DNA from: Catajapyx aquilonaris
Taxonomy: Eukaryota
NCBI GenBank assembly: GCA_000934665.2
Contig: JYFJ02002069.1
Span: 1 to 63,495, forward strand
Length of the DNA: 63,495 bases
Reading direction: 5' to 3'
Shown here: positions 37,302 to 50,310 of the stretch, piece after piece
Layout of the letters: each line of letters begins with the position of its first letter
Numbering within the stretch: position 1 is the first letter of the stretch
The notes under the pieces: generated by a model
Database searches by the model: none
What the model was told of the DNA's origin: nothing
The model's input: only the letters and a program-made list of their open reading frames with translations
Position numbers and translations under genes: made by a program

Positions 37302-40300
37302 TCACCTAAGACTGAGGGGCTCCTCAATCTCACATGCCTTGCGGCAGTTCACCAACCATTTGATGATCCTGGCATTCCTCTCAACAATGGAAGGTTCTCC
37401 ACAATGCAGACCAAACTCCCACTGGTGCAACCCACCGGTGGTCTCTAAACACTCTCCCTCTGCAAATGGGGGTGGGGGTGGCAGGGGAGGTACCTCCAGT
37501 TCCAATGGGGAGAGTGGAGATGAGTCGTCTTCCTCCTCTCTCCTTCTTCCCCTTTGCATTGGAGGAGGGTCACTCTCCACACTCCCTGCCCCTCCCCTGT
37601 AGCGCCTGGGCCAAGAATCAACTGAGCTCACAGACTGGAAGAACACAGGGGAAGTACGTTCGGAAGAGGAAGTGGGCTGGTAGGTGGAGTCCAGGCCCAG
37701 GGAGTCGAAGAAGCGCTCCAACTCCGCCCCAACTCGCGAGTTACGACGACTGGATGAACGGGAATCAGGATCTCCTCCGTTGTGAGGGGCAGCAGCAAGG
37801 TCAAATTCACTTCTGGAGAATTGACGCCCAACATCTGATTTGGACCTGCACATCAGGAAGGAAAATGTATTTTAAAAATGTGTCAGCAACCACTGAATAA
37901 AACATCCCACAAGTGCATGTATCAAACATTAGTCAGAGAGAAAAAAAAAATGCCTCTTTTACATGTTCTCATATTATGCAGTACTGTCGCTGCATGAAGC
38001 CTGCAGCATGGGAGTTCTTGAGGATAATAATTTCAATATGCAGAGGCATTTTATTATTTTACTACCCAAGAAAGTAGAAGTGCTTTCATACTGCAATGCA
38101 GAAAGAGAAGGAGAAAAAAGGTCTGCACACTGTAATGCATGTATCAACAGGCACAGTTGCATGGCTTACTGTGCAACTGTCATACCTGAGCAATGTCCGC
38201 CTTGGTTTGTGTGTGAACCTGAGATCATCGTCATCATTGTCCTCGTCCTCCTGTCCACTGTCTTCCTGCCCCTCCTCTCTGCTGGAAGCCCCCTCACACC
38301 AGCAACTGGATGACCTGCTCACATAGTCTGAAGTGGCTCTGCTGTACCCCTGGGTTACATCAATGCTCTTGGCCTCATGGAAGCTCAGTGAGTCATCCTC
38401 ATCAGATATCACAGTTGAAAGGGACACTGTGGGAATTGTCAGGTCTGGCATAGACTTGTGAAATGTGCTGGACACCTCTTCCACAGGACTCTTAGGCGAG
38501 GGTGCATCCAGTAAGTTCTCCTTTGAGTCGGCATTAAGAAGGCGACGCAATTTCATTTGAACATCATCCGAGTCTCGCTCCGAATGGTGCGAATGTGACC
38601 TCCGCACCACAGCATTCTCTGAATGGCTTTTGGCCCTAGGTCTGGCTGTCAGTTTGGGACTCTTTGGAGGGAGGGGAGGTGGTGGGATCAGGCTTGGAAG
38701 GAGTGCCAGAGGAGGTGGTGAGCGAGGAGGAGGGGGCAGAGGAGGCAGTTTGGATTCAGGTGTATCTAAATCCCACAGGTGGCGAGACTTGAGGAGAACA
38801 CTCACATTGGGGGAACGAACTTGCAAATGGCCACTGTTCTTTAGTTCCTGCTTTGTGTCCAAGACATGTTCTGACTTCACATAAAAGGCCTTTGACTCCT
38901 GAAGAAGTTCCACGGCACTCTTGCGTTTGGCTGGAAGAACAAGATATATTCGAAGTCAGTTTACTGATCTGTATTCTGTATTATATTACATCTCATACAC
39001 AGTAAAACACAATTTCATTTTCTTCATGTCAACGATCAACATTTATGTAAAAAATATTACCGAATCATTAATTCCTGTGTTATACAGTATTTATCACATT
39101 GTTATAAGCAGTGAAACCTGTTTGTAATTGAACCTGCATTCATCATAAACTTATGCATTATAAAACTTTTGCATAGTCCCAATGGCACATTTTCTTCGTA
39201 TTTTTGTCAAACTGTTAAGTGAATAAATTCTCTCATACTAATAGACCAACTCTGTCAGAAATGCTGGTTTCAAAGTATACAGGTCAAATCCGTCCGATGT
39301 CTCCTAATCTTTTGCGAACCCCATTCCACACACACAAAAAATTCCTTATGATCTCAGCTCCTCAGCAACTCACTAAACATTCCATATTATATCTTCCTAG
39401 TTGAGAATGTTTAGTATTAGTTGGCCATAGTAGTCCTGCATGGCTTCGATGTAACAATGATGCAGCGGTTAAAGTTACAGCAATGTCACCTCTAAGGTCA
39501 TGAGTTCAATCTTTAGGTCAGGCTGATGACTCTCTCATGTATGATAGAAATAGTTTTAAAGAATTCTCTGTTTGCATGTGTTTTCTCCTATTATCTCCCT
39601 CTTTCATAATCCAGCAACAGCACAAAGTTTATAAACAAGTTATAGGTCGATTACGTAAAAGGAGGTCTGTTCTGTGATGAGGGGCCCGTTATTATAATTT
39701 TTCTTAAAACTCCACCATGGCTCACATAAACATATAACCTTAGCCATCTAAATCTAAATCTTAGTAAATTCTCCTGGATGGCATTCATGAAGCAAACTGT
39801 ACACCATCCAGTTATGAAGCAGTGGCAAGTGGCTAATGGCATGCCATTGTTTGAAATATGGATCTTTTTCAAATACTTGTTTAAAACGGCACCCTAATCT
39901 TTGGAAAGAATTCTGTTACTGATAATAATCAACAAAAAGGGTACAACCACTATGTTGCCAAATATTACAATTATAAAAGAAAAAGTGTTTCACAGCTCTA
40001 TACGTCCATTCCATTTCCACAACATAACATGCCAACGATAATGGTGATGGGACAGTTTGACAACAAAGTTCCTCTTTGTCAAGTTTTCTAACAAAATATA
40101 GTGAGTAAAGAGTTTGTTCCAGACAATGGTCCACATCCTGCCACTTTCCTGACAAAAGTCCCTGTTAGTCCCACTCCATATTAGCTGACAATGGCATCTC
40201 ATTTTGTGGAACTTTGTTAAATGAAAGTCCACATTGTGACATTTTCCTAACAATGAACAAGTCCACATTGTGAATTTTCTCTTCCTGGCAGACAACCTTG

Positions 40301-43300
40301 CCTCTGACAAAAACCTTATCGCATGGCCTTAGCCTTCAACAAGCTAATTACATTACAGCACTCTAATGACAATGCAAGGAAACTCATCTGGCACGAGAAC
40401 TCTACCTTACCCACAAGTATCTCCGAGGTCATGTGATGCCTCTGATGAAACTGTCGCCTATGAACAGGTGCATTTTCAGTCTGGGTATTTACTTCCTTTG
40501 TAGGTGACGGAAAAGGAGTGGTCACCTTAGGCTGGTCTACTGTAGGCAATTCGACAACACACACATTGGCTACACTCACTTCCAATTCAGATTCCCACTG
40601 AAACACTTTGGATATAGGAGCACAAATGCAACCTATGCATCCCGACCTCGACATGGCTGGCATTGTTGTCCCTCCAACACTTGCAATCACTCCTGGTGTG
40701 TTATCTCCATGTGTGATAAGTACACTTCCTTACAGGTGCAGTATCACCTTGTCAGTAATTTCCTGAATGTTGACTCCCCTGTTTTAAAGTTCAAACCCCT
40801 CATAATTAAATGCCATGCAACTTCTTGCATGTGGGGCTCATAACCATGCATAAATAATAACTCCACAGTGAATGCAGGCGGCACTGTTTTTGCACACACC
40901 AGGATGGCAACCAAATGCTGCTGATGCACCTGCTACTATTCCACATGTGAAAACATTGGCTGGCATTTTTTTTAAAGCCCATACGACACCATGGACACTC
41001 TTACCACCCGGCCAGCACCACCAGAAAAGTGACAGGCAAAAAAACCACTTATCCAGAACTTGGTAAATTGAGTAGAGGGGCAGAGGGTTTGGTTTCCCAC
41101 GCATGGGAATTCCCGCTTAGTTGGGTGTGACTCTTGGGCCATGCGCCCCCCCCCCCCCCCCCCNNNCCCCACGTTCCTCCCCCCATAACCCCGTCCATGT
41201 CTTTTTTGCTCTATCAATACTACCAGACTACCAGAGTGAAACAACCCTCCCATCCAGGCCATTCACATGACCATGCCTCGTTTTTATGGCGCCGCGCCGG
41301 CAGAAAATAATACCAGCAGTGAAAACATGGTGTAAGCATTTATGTGGATTGTCTTTTACAGTGTGTAATTTTAACAATTCGATGCCGCGCCATGTGGAAA
41401 ATTGTTCCAGGACGAGTGAAACTACCTGGATATATATTTATAAAAATGCATGAAACCCATTTTTAGCCCGCGAGTTTGCACCGTGAGAAAAAATTGCTAA
41501 ATCTCACACTTGGTGCGGAATTTATGCTTCCCATTATCCTCGATTTAGAATAATGAAGTAGCCAGTGTGTTACTCACACATGCTAATACTGAAAATTAAA
41601 CTCCCCGAATTATTCGGGAGAGAAGGCGGGGTTTTTGAAAAGCGCGTTATGAGCCCGAATGAACCTTGTTTATCAACACAAGGTCGATTTTTTTCTTCTT
41701 CTTCTGTCTTATCTTTCCCACTCCTTATCCCTAGTTCAGGTTTTGGAATCGCCAGCATCGCGTGACCAACGTTAGAGAGACAGTATTCCCACCCATCCAG
41801 CCATTAAAAATTCCCAACCCTTTTTTTCACCCTTTTTATGAAAAGGGCCTGTGGTCACACTTTACAAAACACCAGTAGCGAATGTCAGACAAGACGCACA
41901 TTTGCACCACTTCTCAGATAAGTGTAGGGGACCAGGGTAAAAAAAAATCTGGCCCAATAACTGCTCCATTCATTCCCATTTTTTCCCCCACCAAACTCAC
42001 TTTTTTTCATAAATTCGCTGGTTGGTGTACATGATTTCGATGTCATGGATTAGCAATTATTTGAGTGAATCCGGGTTCATCGTTGCAAATCGATGGTTTT
42101 TCTCTTTTCGGCATACATGTGGAGCGTAATGTCCACCAACCGTAAAAAATTTCCAGACTTTCTGCGGACATACCAGTTAAGAAAAGAGGTCACGATATCG
42201 GGTAATTACACTCAAAAAAAAATTTGTGAGCCCTAATGCATGTAATTAATTTGCTACTTCATCGATTACTATTTTCCGACTACCCTCTCTCGACATAAGA
42301 CCTTCCCTATTTTAGCCCTGCCGTTTTCGTATTTGGGTCCCGCCCTTTTCCAAGCCCTTATACGTCCAAATGGGTGGGAAGAGAAATGGTCGTACATTAT
42401 ACCTTCGCCCACTTATTTTCTCCGATACCGAACCCCCTTTTTGTGGAAATTTTTTCGAACATACACCCAGTACTTTGCGACTTACCTGTGGTGTTTCTTC
42501 CGAAGGTGGAGCATCCTCTCAAAAAACTTGGGTTTCGGTTGATGGTCTTGAGGGGCTGCTTGGTAGTGATGAAAGAAGTAGTCATGGCCGGAAGAAGGGA
42601 AACCATCAAGTCCGACCATTTAGAGTAAGTCATGAGTACTGCATTGCTCCCGACTCTGCAATAAAACAAGCACACGTGAATCGCATTCTGATGCTGGAAA
42701 AAGTACTTGGAGAGAAAATATAATGTAAGTTATGTGGTTCGCACCTTGCGTGTCTGGAAATATTGCCAAGAAGTTCAAGACACAATAGTAGGAAGTTGGA
42801 TTCCATCACGGATTTTCTAGATCGCGATTTCCCTGAATATAAAGCGCAGTACGGTATGCTTGAGAACTGTATTTTTACAGGGCGCTTGGAATATTCTGGA
42901 GGACCGGAAAAGAATTTTTGGTCCTTAACTTCCGGTGAGCATCTTTTCGTCAGTGTGTCCGGCTTTTTGGGTACACATTCTTGAATATTCATAGCGGACT
43001 TGGCGTGCGCAACGCATCAGAAGCAGTGACACAAGTCTGCGGAAAATTACCTCGAAGAACCAGCTCGTGCGTACATTAAACTGTCATGAACAATGCGAAA
43101 ACCACAATTCCGCGATTATACTACAGGATATGGATGTGTACGGCCAACTACTTATTTTGTTACCATTTTGCACAAAAGTGAGTTGTCCTTGGATCTGACG
43201 TCACGTCATCAGTTACTTTTATAAAAAAAGCTCGCAGTTTTCGATACTGATCGTTTTAAAAAAGCGGAAGTTTACTTCGGAAACGGATGTGACTTCATGT

Positions 43301-45912
43301 CCGTACCTTTTGTTGCGGGTCACAGAGATAAGCACCGTTTCCATTTAGAGATGAACCCATGCCTTGCCCAAACTCAAATTGGTTGCTTTTACCTAGATTG
43401 CCACACTGAGACCACAATATATTTTTTTCGCAATGTCTCATTTAAATTGTGACACTTTCCACCATCCTGTAGTGTGCAGAAAGCGGTCCACGTGCGCCAT
43501 AATTTTTGTAATAAACACAGCAAGCTCTACTTATGACAGGCGGCTTTTGTTTTTGGACATCAGTCCACCGTGATAATTTGCTACCAAGGCTAGTGGTCTG
43601 CTATTGCTCCATTGTGCTGCTTCTCTCCCAAACCATATGCTGAAATGTCATTACCCTACTTTCATAATTATTACAGCAGCTTGTGACGTGACCCTTGAGC
43701 GTTCCCACATAATTAAATCCGTAAACTTCACATAATACACATGCTCCGTTATCACGCTGGTCACTACATTATTGTGCAACACCAACACTGCACATAACTA
43801 ATGCTGTGGCAGACACAATTTTGTGTAGTCAGGTCTAGCAAGCAGGACACAGTCCACCCAGCACATTCCCTCTAAATACTCCCCAGGGTAATCCACTCAG
43901 GGGACCAAAAAAAATTGGCATAAAAATAACACATCCTGCCCACTAGGCACATGATTTCAGTAATCCTTCACCTGTCACAGAGTCAAAGCCCTCAAGTAAA
44001 ATTTTCAATACTGGGATGTAATAAGATAAGATCTCTTACTGTTGCATTGTAAAGTGTAAACACTTCACCCAATATTTATGCTTTATATCTGCTAGCAGAT
44101 GTTACGAGGTCAAAGTTATTATCGTTCTACATTCTCTTAGTGGAACTTGTATGATCACAAATCTATATCATGTGTCTGATATTTTTTATGGACCTGTAAA
44201 ACACTCTTACGCATGTTTCATGAATAAAATTATGGGTCTTTGCAATATTTATGCTCTGGTCAACAGCATGTCAAGATTCAAGATATATCTCAGCACAATG
44301 TGTACAGAGGCTCAGCCAAAAGCAATGTGAAAAAAATTGATGACAACTCATGAAGTTTGATTTCTCATTTACCTCCTGAGAGCCAACTTTTTCTAAATTG
44401 CAGCACATGTCAAATAATTGGCAGATTCAATAATCAATAACACCAGCTGATATTGGAAAAGCTTCACCACAGTAACCTATCACTGCTCAAATTCCCACTT
44501 GAGAAATATGACTGAAAATGTAGGTCAAAATCATTTACACCTTCTAACCTACTGGAAGTGAACTATTCCATGTGAGAATGAATGCAGTCATATATGATGC
44601 TTTCACATGTACAGTATAAACCGATTTCTGATATCACAGCCTTAGAAACTAGCACATCACAGGGCTTGAACACTAATCAAAAAAGTAGAATTCACACATT
44701 AGGGGTCATGCATATATGAAATCACTACTTAAGATGAAAATCCTGCCAAATTATTTGATCCTTCCCTTGAACCACAGCAGTAACTTTATCAACTCCTACA
44801 GTGATGCAGGTGTTTTCATGATTCAAGCCATCAATACTAATCACAATCTTGAGGATTGAAACTGTTCGTAGATTTGTTAAATTTTTTTGGTGTAGAGTGT
44901 GTACTGTATATGCTAACATTGATTTTACTGGTAACTTAGCTCTGCAATCCATGTGGATAAATTCTAATCATAACAATAGGAAACAGCTTTCAAGCAGCAT
45001 GAAGTACAAGCAGTACCAGAAGCACTATGTAGTAACTCAAGTGAGCTGTTGAGATATCTGTGATGACAATAACACAACATGAAACATTTTTAGATTGGAC
45101 TAATCAACTTTTTGCAAAGGCTGATAGACACTTATCATACTGTTACAGTTCAGTTTCATCTTTCTTCACTGTTCCTTGAAATTCTTCTTAATTCTTCTAT
45201 AATAAGCCCCATACTTATCTAGTGTATCAGCATAAAACATGGTGGCAATTTCAGCATGGCCCTCCATAATGACACTTTATGTTTCCGCATGGATAATGAC
45301 ATAATCAATAAGAATGCACAGATTAGCTTCCACATTAATTGCTAACTCAGGTAAACTGTACTTTTTTATTGTGTAAAAGAAAAAAATTACGGGAGGAAAC
45401 AGGTTTGATGAAAAGTAAGAGTGCACTGTACATCTTGCAACATATTATAGTACAGTCACATCCATAAGTTTTACCTGACCAAGTGCCATTGATTGGCAAG
45501 TCATATCCTCTGGATTTGATAAAATCTGAAGCAATCACTTCAGGAAGATCAGTTAATCGCTTGCTGATAAGTTCAAAACTGTATATACACTCTCGACCTC
45601 AATAGATTATTGAACAGCTCACACAATTGCAATAAAAATGCAACAAATAAACAATGATCTCCCTGGCGCCACCAACAGATGCACCATGCATTACTATCAT
45701 GCCCTGGTATACCATGACACCCCCACAATATACTCCTTTCCCCACTCCGAATTTCTAATTTCTCCGAATAACTGCACAACCAGTAACCGCCTCCCACAAA
45801 CGTGCCAACATGACACACACAGTCCGGGTCAACCTGACCAACGTACGTCCCAGTATCTGCCTGAGGCATCACTCAGCTGTGGCCGTCGGGTGTGGGTGCA
45901 GTACACATGCAT
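37302..45912 (-). CDS. FAM110: FAM110-family (centrosome/spindle-associated) protein, ~455 aa
   Basis: Exon 38930-38186 has KRKSAVELLQESKAFYVKS (FAM110 N motif). Exon 37845-37302 has RSKSDV, ELERFFDSLGLD and SIVERNARIIKWL (FAM110 C motifs). These two exons are well supported. The first coding exon 45912-45834 (MHVYCTHTRR..., phase-1 donor CAG|GTTGAC) is tentative. Confidence 0.8.
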
Positions 45913-48900
45913 TTGGGAGCATCTACCTGAGAGTGCATCAGCTGGGCCGAGTTGGACGACCGTTGGGCTGCCCGCATCAACTGACCCCTCTAGTGGTGGT
46001 GGTGCTACGGGACCCACAGGCGCCGACGTCGTCTCATGGCTGCAGCTCTGGCCCGACTACTCCTGGGTCCTGGCTGGCTGGATGGGCAGAAGGGATGGAA
46101 AAAGAGGAAGGGACAGCCACAGTCAGGATCAGACAGGACTGGGGCGGGGGAGGAGCGGGGTAAATAAAAAAAAGTAAATAAAAAAATTTCAGTACGTGCA
46201 ACTCGGCTGCTGCCGCCGGACAGCAACACCGTAGTCTATGGGGTGGCAGGCAGGTGGCTCTGTCCGCACCCACCACGCATGACACCCTTTCACTTGAACG
46301 GGAGATCATGCGGGCTCATCCCAACAATTATTTCATGTCGCGGACACTTCCATGCGGAGTTGGCGACTTAGCACCAGACCCTGCTGTTTTTTTCCGTGTT
46401 TGGAGAGACCCGGGTGGCAGAGTGCCAGGCATCTGCTGGGTCAATATTTCCCCCTTACCCCGGGTGTACATTTTTTTTTAAAGGGAAGAAAAAAAAAAGG
46501 CGGGCCTGAAGACACAGCTGACACGGACACATGTGCGGTGATGCGGGTAATTGTACCCGTATTTACATTTCCCTTCACCTGTTTGCTGTTTTTGGGTGTC
46601 AGACAATACCACTTGGCAAGCTGCGTGGTATCAAGGTCATTGGGCCTGGTGATGCTCAAATCGCGTGGTAACACTCGGAAAATGATACTCGAAATGTGCC
46701 TGAATAAACATGCTCGAAATAGCCAAGCACTGTCACGCGTGTGGTTAACTACATATATTTCCCTCAGGCAAAAAATAAATAAAATAAAATTCAGCAATGT
46801 TTCCGGCCAAAATGAATTATGCAGATAGTCCGACGCACTTGGCTCTGTTTTTCTTTAGTCTCATTATTAATTCAACTTCTTGGGGGTCAATCTTAGGGTC
46901 GGGCAAATATGTAAATAAACATACTGGTGCATTGGTGCATGAATATGGCACTGACCATATGTCCAGCATAGATCCGGCCAGACCTGTCAAAAAAAAAAGG
47001 AGCGTATGGCATGACTATAGAGGCATGAATTAGTAGTAATTATTCCAGCCGAGCATGCTAACAAGACGAGTCTGCCAGGTGACGCCTCTTCAAATTGTCG
47101 CTCTTCACGCTCAGGTGCTACCCTTTTCGTGCTCTTTAGTGGCTCATCTCTAGGGGCATTGGGTTGATAAATCTAGCCTGGAAATCTATTGGTCCCTAGA
47201 GTCTTTCGCCTGTATGGCTTGGCATCGTAACCTCTTTTTTCTCCATTCCTTCGACGTTTGCTCCTGGTTGAATCAGGAGGACAAAACTGAATCCTTGGTT
47301 GCAGGAAAGGGAGACGTTTTATTGAGCCTTGGGGGAGAAAAGAGCTCAATTGGCGGCTGTCCAATGCGACTCGGCTCGCTGCGGCCACCAACAATGCAAG
47401 GATAGAATGTCAGAAAACAGTGCACTGTACTTTGCCATAAGCATAACTCCAGCTCTATTCTAGAATGTGCTAATATTGTACTGCACTGTGCATACCAAGA
47501 TGGATAAACAGGGATGTTTATCCATCTTGTGCATACGTAAGTGTGATAAGGACCAAATCTACCAAATGGTCCAAAACTCTGGGAGAATACAATAAGTGAT
47601 TGACATGTTTTAAACATAGAAATGTTTATCTTCAGAAAATAAGTTGGCGTGAGATAGAAACTATCTAAAATTAAGTTATTAAGTTAAGTGTTATCATTAC
47701 AGTTTGGATGCATGCAAACTGGGGAAAGGTAGGCCTACTGAATTTATATATGACCATTTCATTGGTCATATGTTATAGACTTACAGTAAGAGTATCAAAA
47801 CTACTTAGGCCTATACACCTCTATAGCTTAATTCATGGTGCAATGCGTAATATACGGTATACATTCAGAAAATTACCCCCCATTTTGGGTACCCCATCTA
47901 AGTACACAAAAACTAACAAATTACACAATAATTAAATAATTTATAATTTAAATTTATAATTGCAGCACTGTCGCAATACCAAAACGGTAAAGATTCGCCT
48001 CTACATCACACCGCTTGCGTGATATGAAGACATTTATTTTCCCTTCGAAATGCTGGACTTTTACGGTATTGCACATGTGTGGTAATGATGGCAATCACAA
48101 TATGGTAAAACAGTTATGCAATTACAAAATGCTCAAATCTGCGACACACCTTGTAATTCTGCGGCATGTGATATCTACGAAATAATAGCCACAAGGATGC
48201 AACCCTATAGGCAGGAACGTTCCAAATATGCAAGTCACATTTGGGGTTGGCCACATGAGAGTACTACCACGCCTCACTTTCGGTTTGTTTGAACAGCGGA
48301 TGTCCTGGTCAGTGGTCACCCTTCATGACGAGGCCCCCAGCAAAAACAGTGCCCCACAACATTACAGTGGGCGTAACTTTCCACTCCAACAAAGAGTCTC
48401 TTTCAGCACCCAATAATTACAAAAGCAAGGCACCAAAGTGCATTTTCCCGGTTCCGAACAAACACAGTCGGTCACAAATAACCCGTAGTTCACGAAGGAG
48501 GTCATCACTAGTCAGAATCTGCAATCAAAAAAGCAGCGGGACAGTATCCGGTACCTACCTACACTGTTAGTTGTCCAACCCTCCGCTGGCTTCGTCGTGA
48601 CTCCCGCATTACTCCCACGAGCTCCATCTCATCCCCACTAGATGGCGCAGAAATGGTCCTAATGTCTAATCCAGTTAGTGCCAAGTTACTTATGCCCTCT
48701 GTTGTCCATGCCCCGTGTCCGCAACATACCCTGCACATAGTGAGCCTCAAGTAGGCCTCTGCACTTAGCAAGTGTCTGGCATGGGGATTAGGATGAAAAA
48801 ATATTAAAGCTTTTGGAAAGCTTCTTTCGAGGATATCCGCGCATTTTACCAAATTACCTGCGATTAAAGTTCAATTAACCAGTCTCTATAGTAGGGGTAA

Positions 48901-50250
48901 ATTATGTGCAAGTCTAATTTAGGTGAGGGCATTAGCATTTATTGGGTCGACTTGCTCTCGTGTCCATTACTGTAATGTGACTTTACGGTCGATAAAACAT
49001 GGTGCTCTGGATGGGCCTATATCGTAGTCAGGAGTGCGCCATAAATTTTGCGAAACTGGCTATTATTATGGTGCTGCGAAGTATAAAGTGAACGCCTCGT
49101 GACACATCATGTATTATGAATCGCTAGGGAGAGCGGACATTGGCCTATCACACATTAAAACTTTATGACTCCGCTTCCAAGCAGAGGCCAATGAGAGACG
49201 AGAACAGCAATCATAGAAAACAAACATACACTAACGATTACAAATGTACGCAAACACAGTCACTGCAGTTTAATAACATTATTCTGATACGCGCAGCAAT
49301 GGTGCAATATAGTGGACATGATGATGAACATGCGTGCTCATTTATCATATCTGACGCGTCATATAGCCGCGCGTCATATACTTGGCCAACAATAATTCAC
49401 TGCAATCTCTGGCTACAGGCCAGCTGGTCACATACCAGACCGGTTCATGCGATACGAACGTGGAAAATAACATATCGTTTGCATAACCGGTAGCCACCTT
49501 TTTTGTACCCCATCTGCCCGCAATATCTGCAGAACAGTTTCCTTATTTTCTCACGCCCTTATGCAATTTCGTCTGCAGACTGTTATAACTCCGCGACCTT
49601 GGCTCAAAAACACCCACGGGGCATATCCCTGGCACTTAGCCATTTGGAACTGATACGACGTACGTATACTCGTCGCGACCTTGCAGAATCCTTCAGAACG
49701 ATCTGTCTGAATCCCCCCCNCCCCCCTATTTTCCCATTCCCCCTTCCCGGATATTTTGCCACACAATGGGGGATATTTGAGTGTCAGCCGGGGGTTGTGG
49801 GGGGATTTATTTGACGAGGAACCGTGACTCATTTTGAACCACCCACTGCAACAAAGCCTCCTCGCAGTTCGTCCTCCCAGACATAAAGGGCACTCTGTCC
49901 AATCAAATGCCAGATTGCCAGGGAGAGAGAGAGGTTGCCTTGGAAACGCTCCAGGACGGGAGCCACACTGTTGCCATACCAACCGGAACGCCAGAATTAA
50001 CAAGGAGATAATATTATGGTTTAGTGTATACATTGGTGCAGTACATGGCAGTATCAAATGTGACTGTCCACAGCTGTCTATATTTGCTTGTTATTGTTCC
50101 ATGAACCCTAGGCTCCGGACAAGTGGCTTTTATCGAACGGGGGCATTGGCCTCGACAAACATGCGGCAACCCTGCCTCCTGCAGGAAATAATGGCCCTGG
50201 CTGCAGGAGCCTGGGGGCTTTCACTCGCATCCGGACCCTAAACCACTTCT

Positions 50251-50251
<1 letters not shown>

Positions 50252-50290
<39 letters not shown>

Positions 50291-50310
50291 NCCCCCCCCC
50301 CCCCCCCCCC
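50252..50310. repeat. Poly-C tract containing an N (assembly-uncertain)
   Basis: About 59 C residues with one N; similar G/C runs with Ns occur at ~11481-11503 and ~41145-41170. Confidence 0.9.

Noticed and set aside
39440..39535. tRNA-like GCAGCGGTTAA ... GAGTTCAATC
   Set aside because: Too degenerate for a cloverleaf; at most an old SINE head.
48559..48630. Possible first FAM110 exon (MELVGVMRESRR...)
   Set aside because: An in-frame stop precedes any phase-1 donor compatible with the 38930 acceptor.
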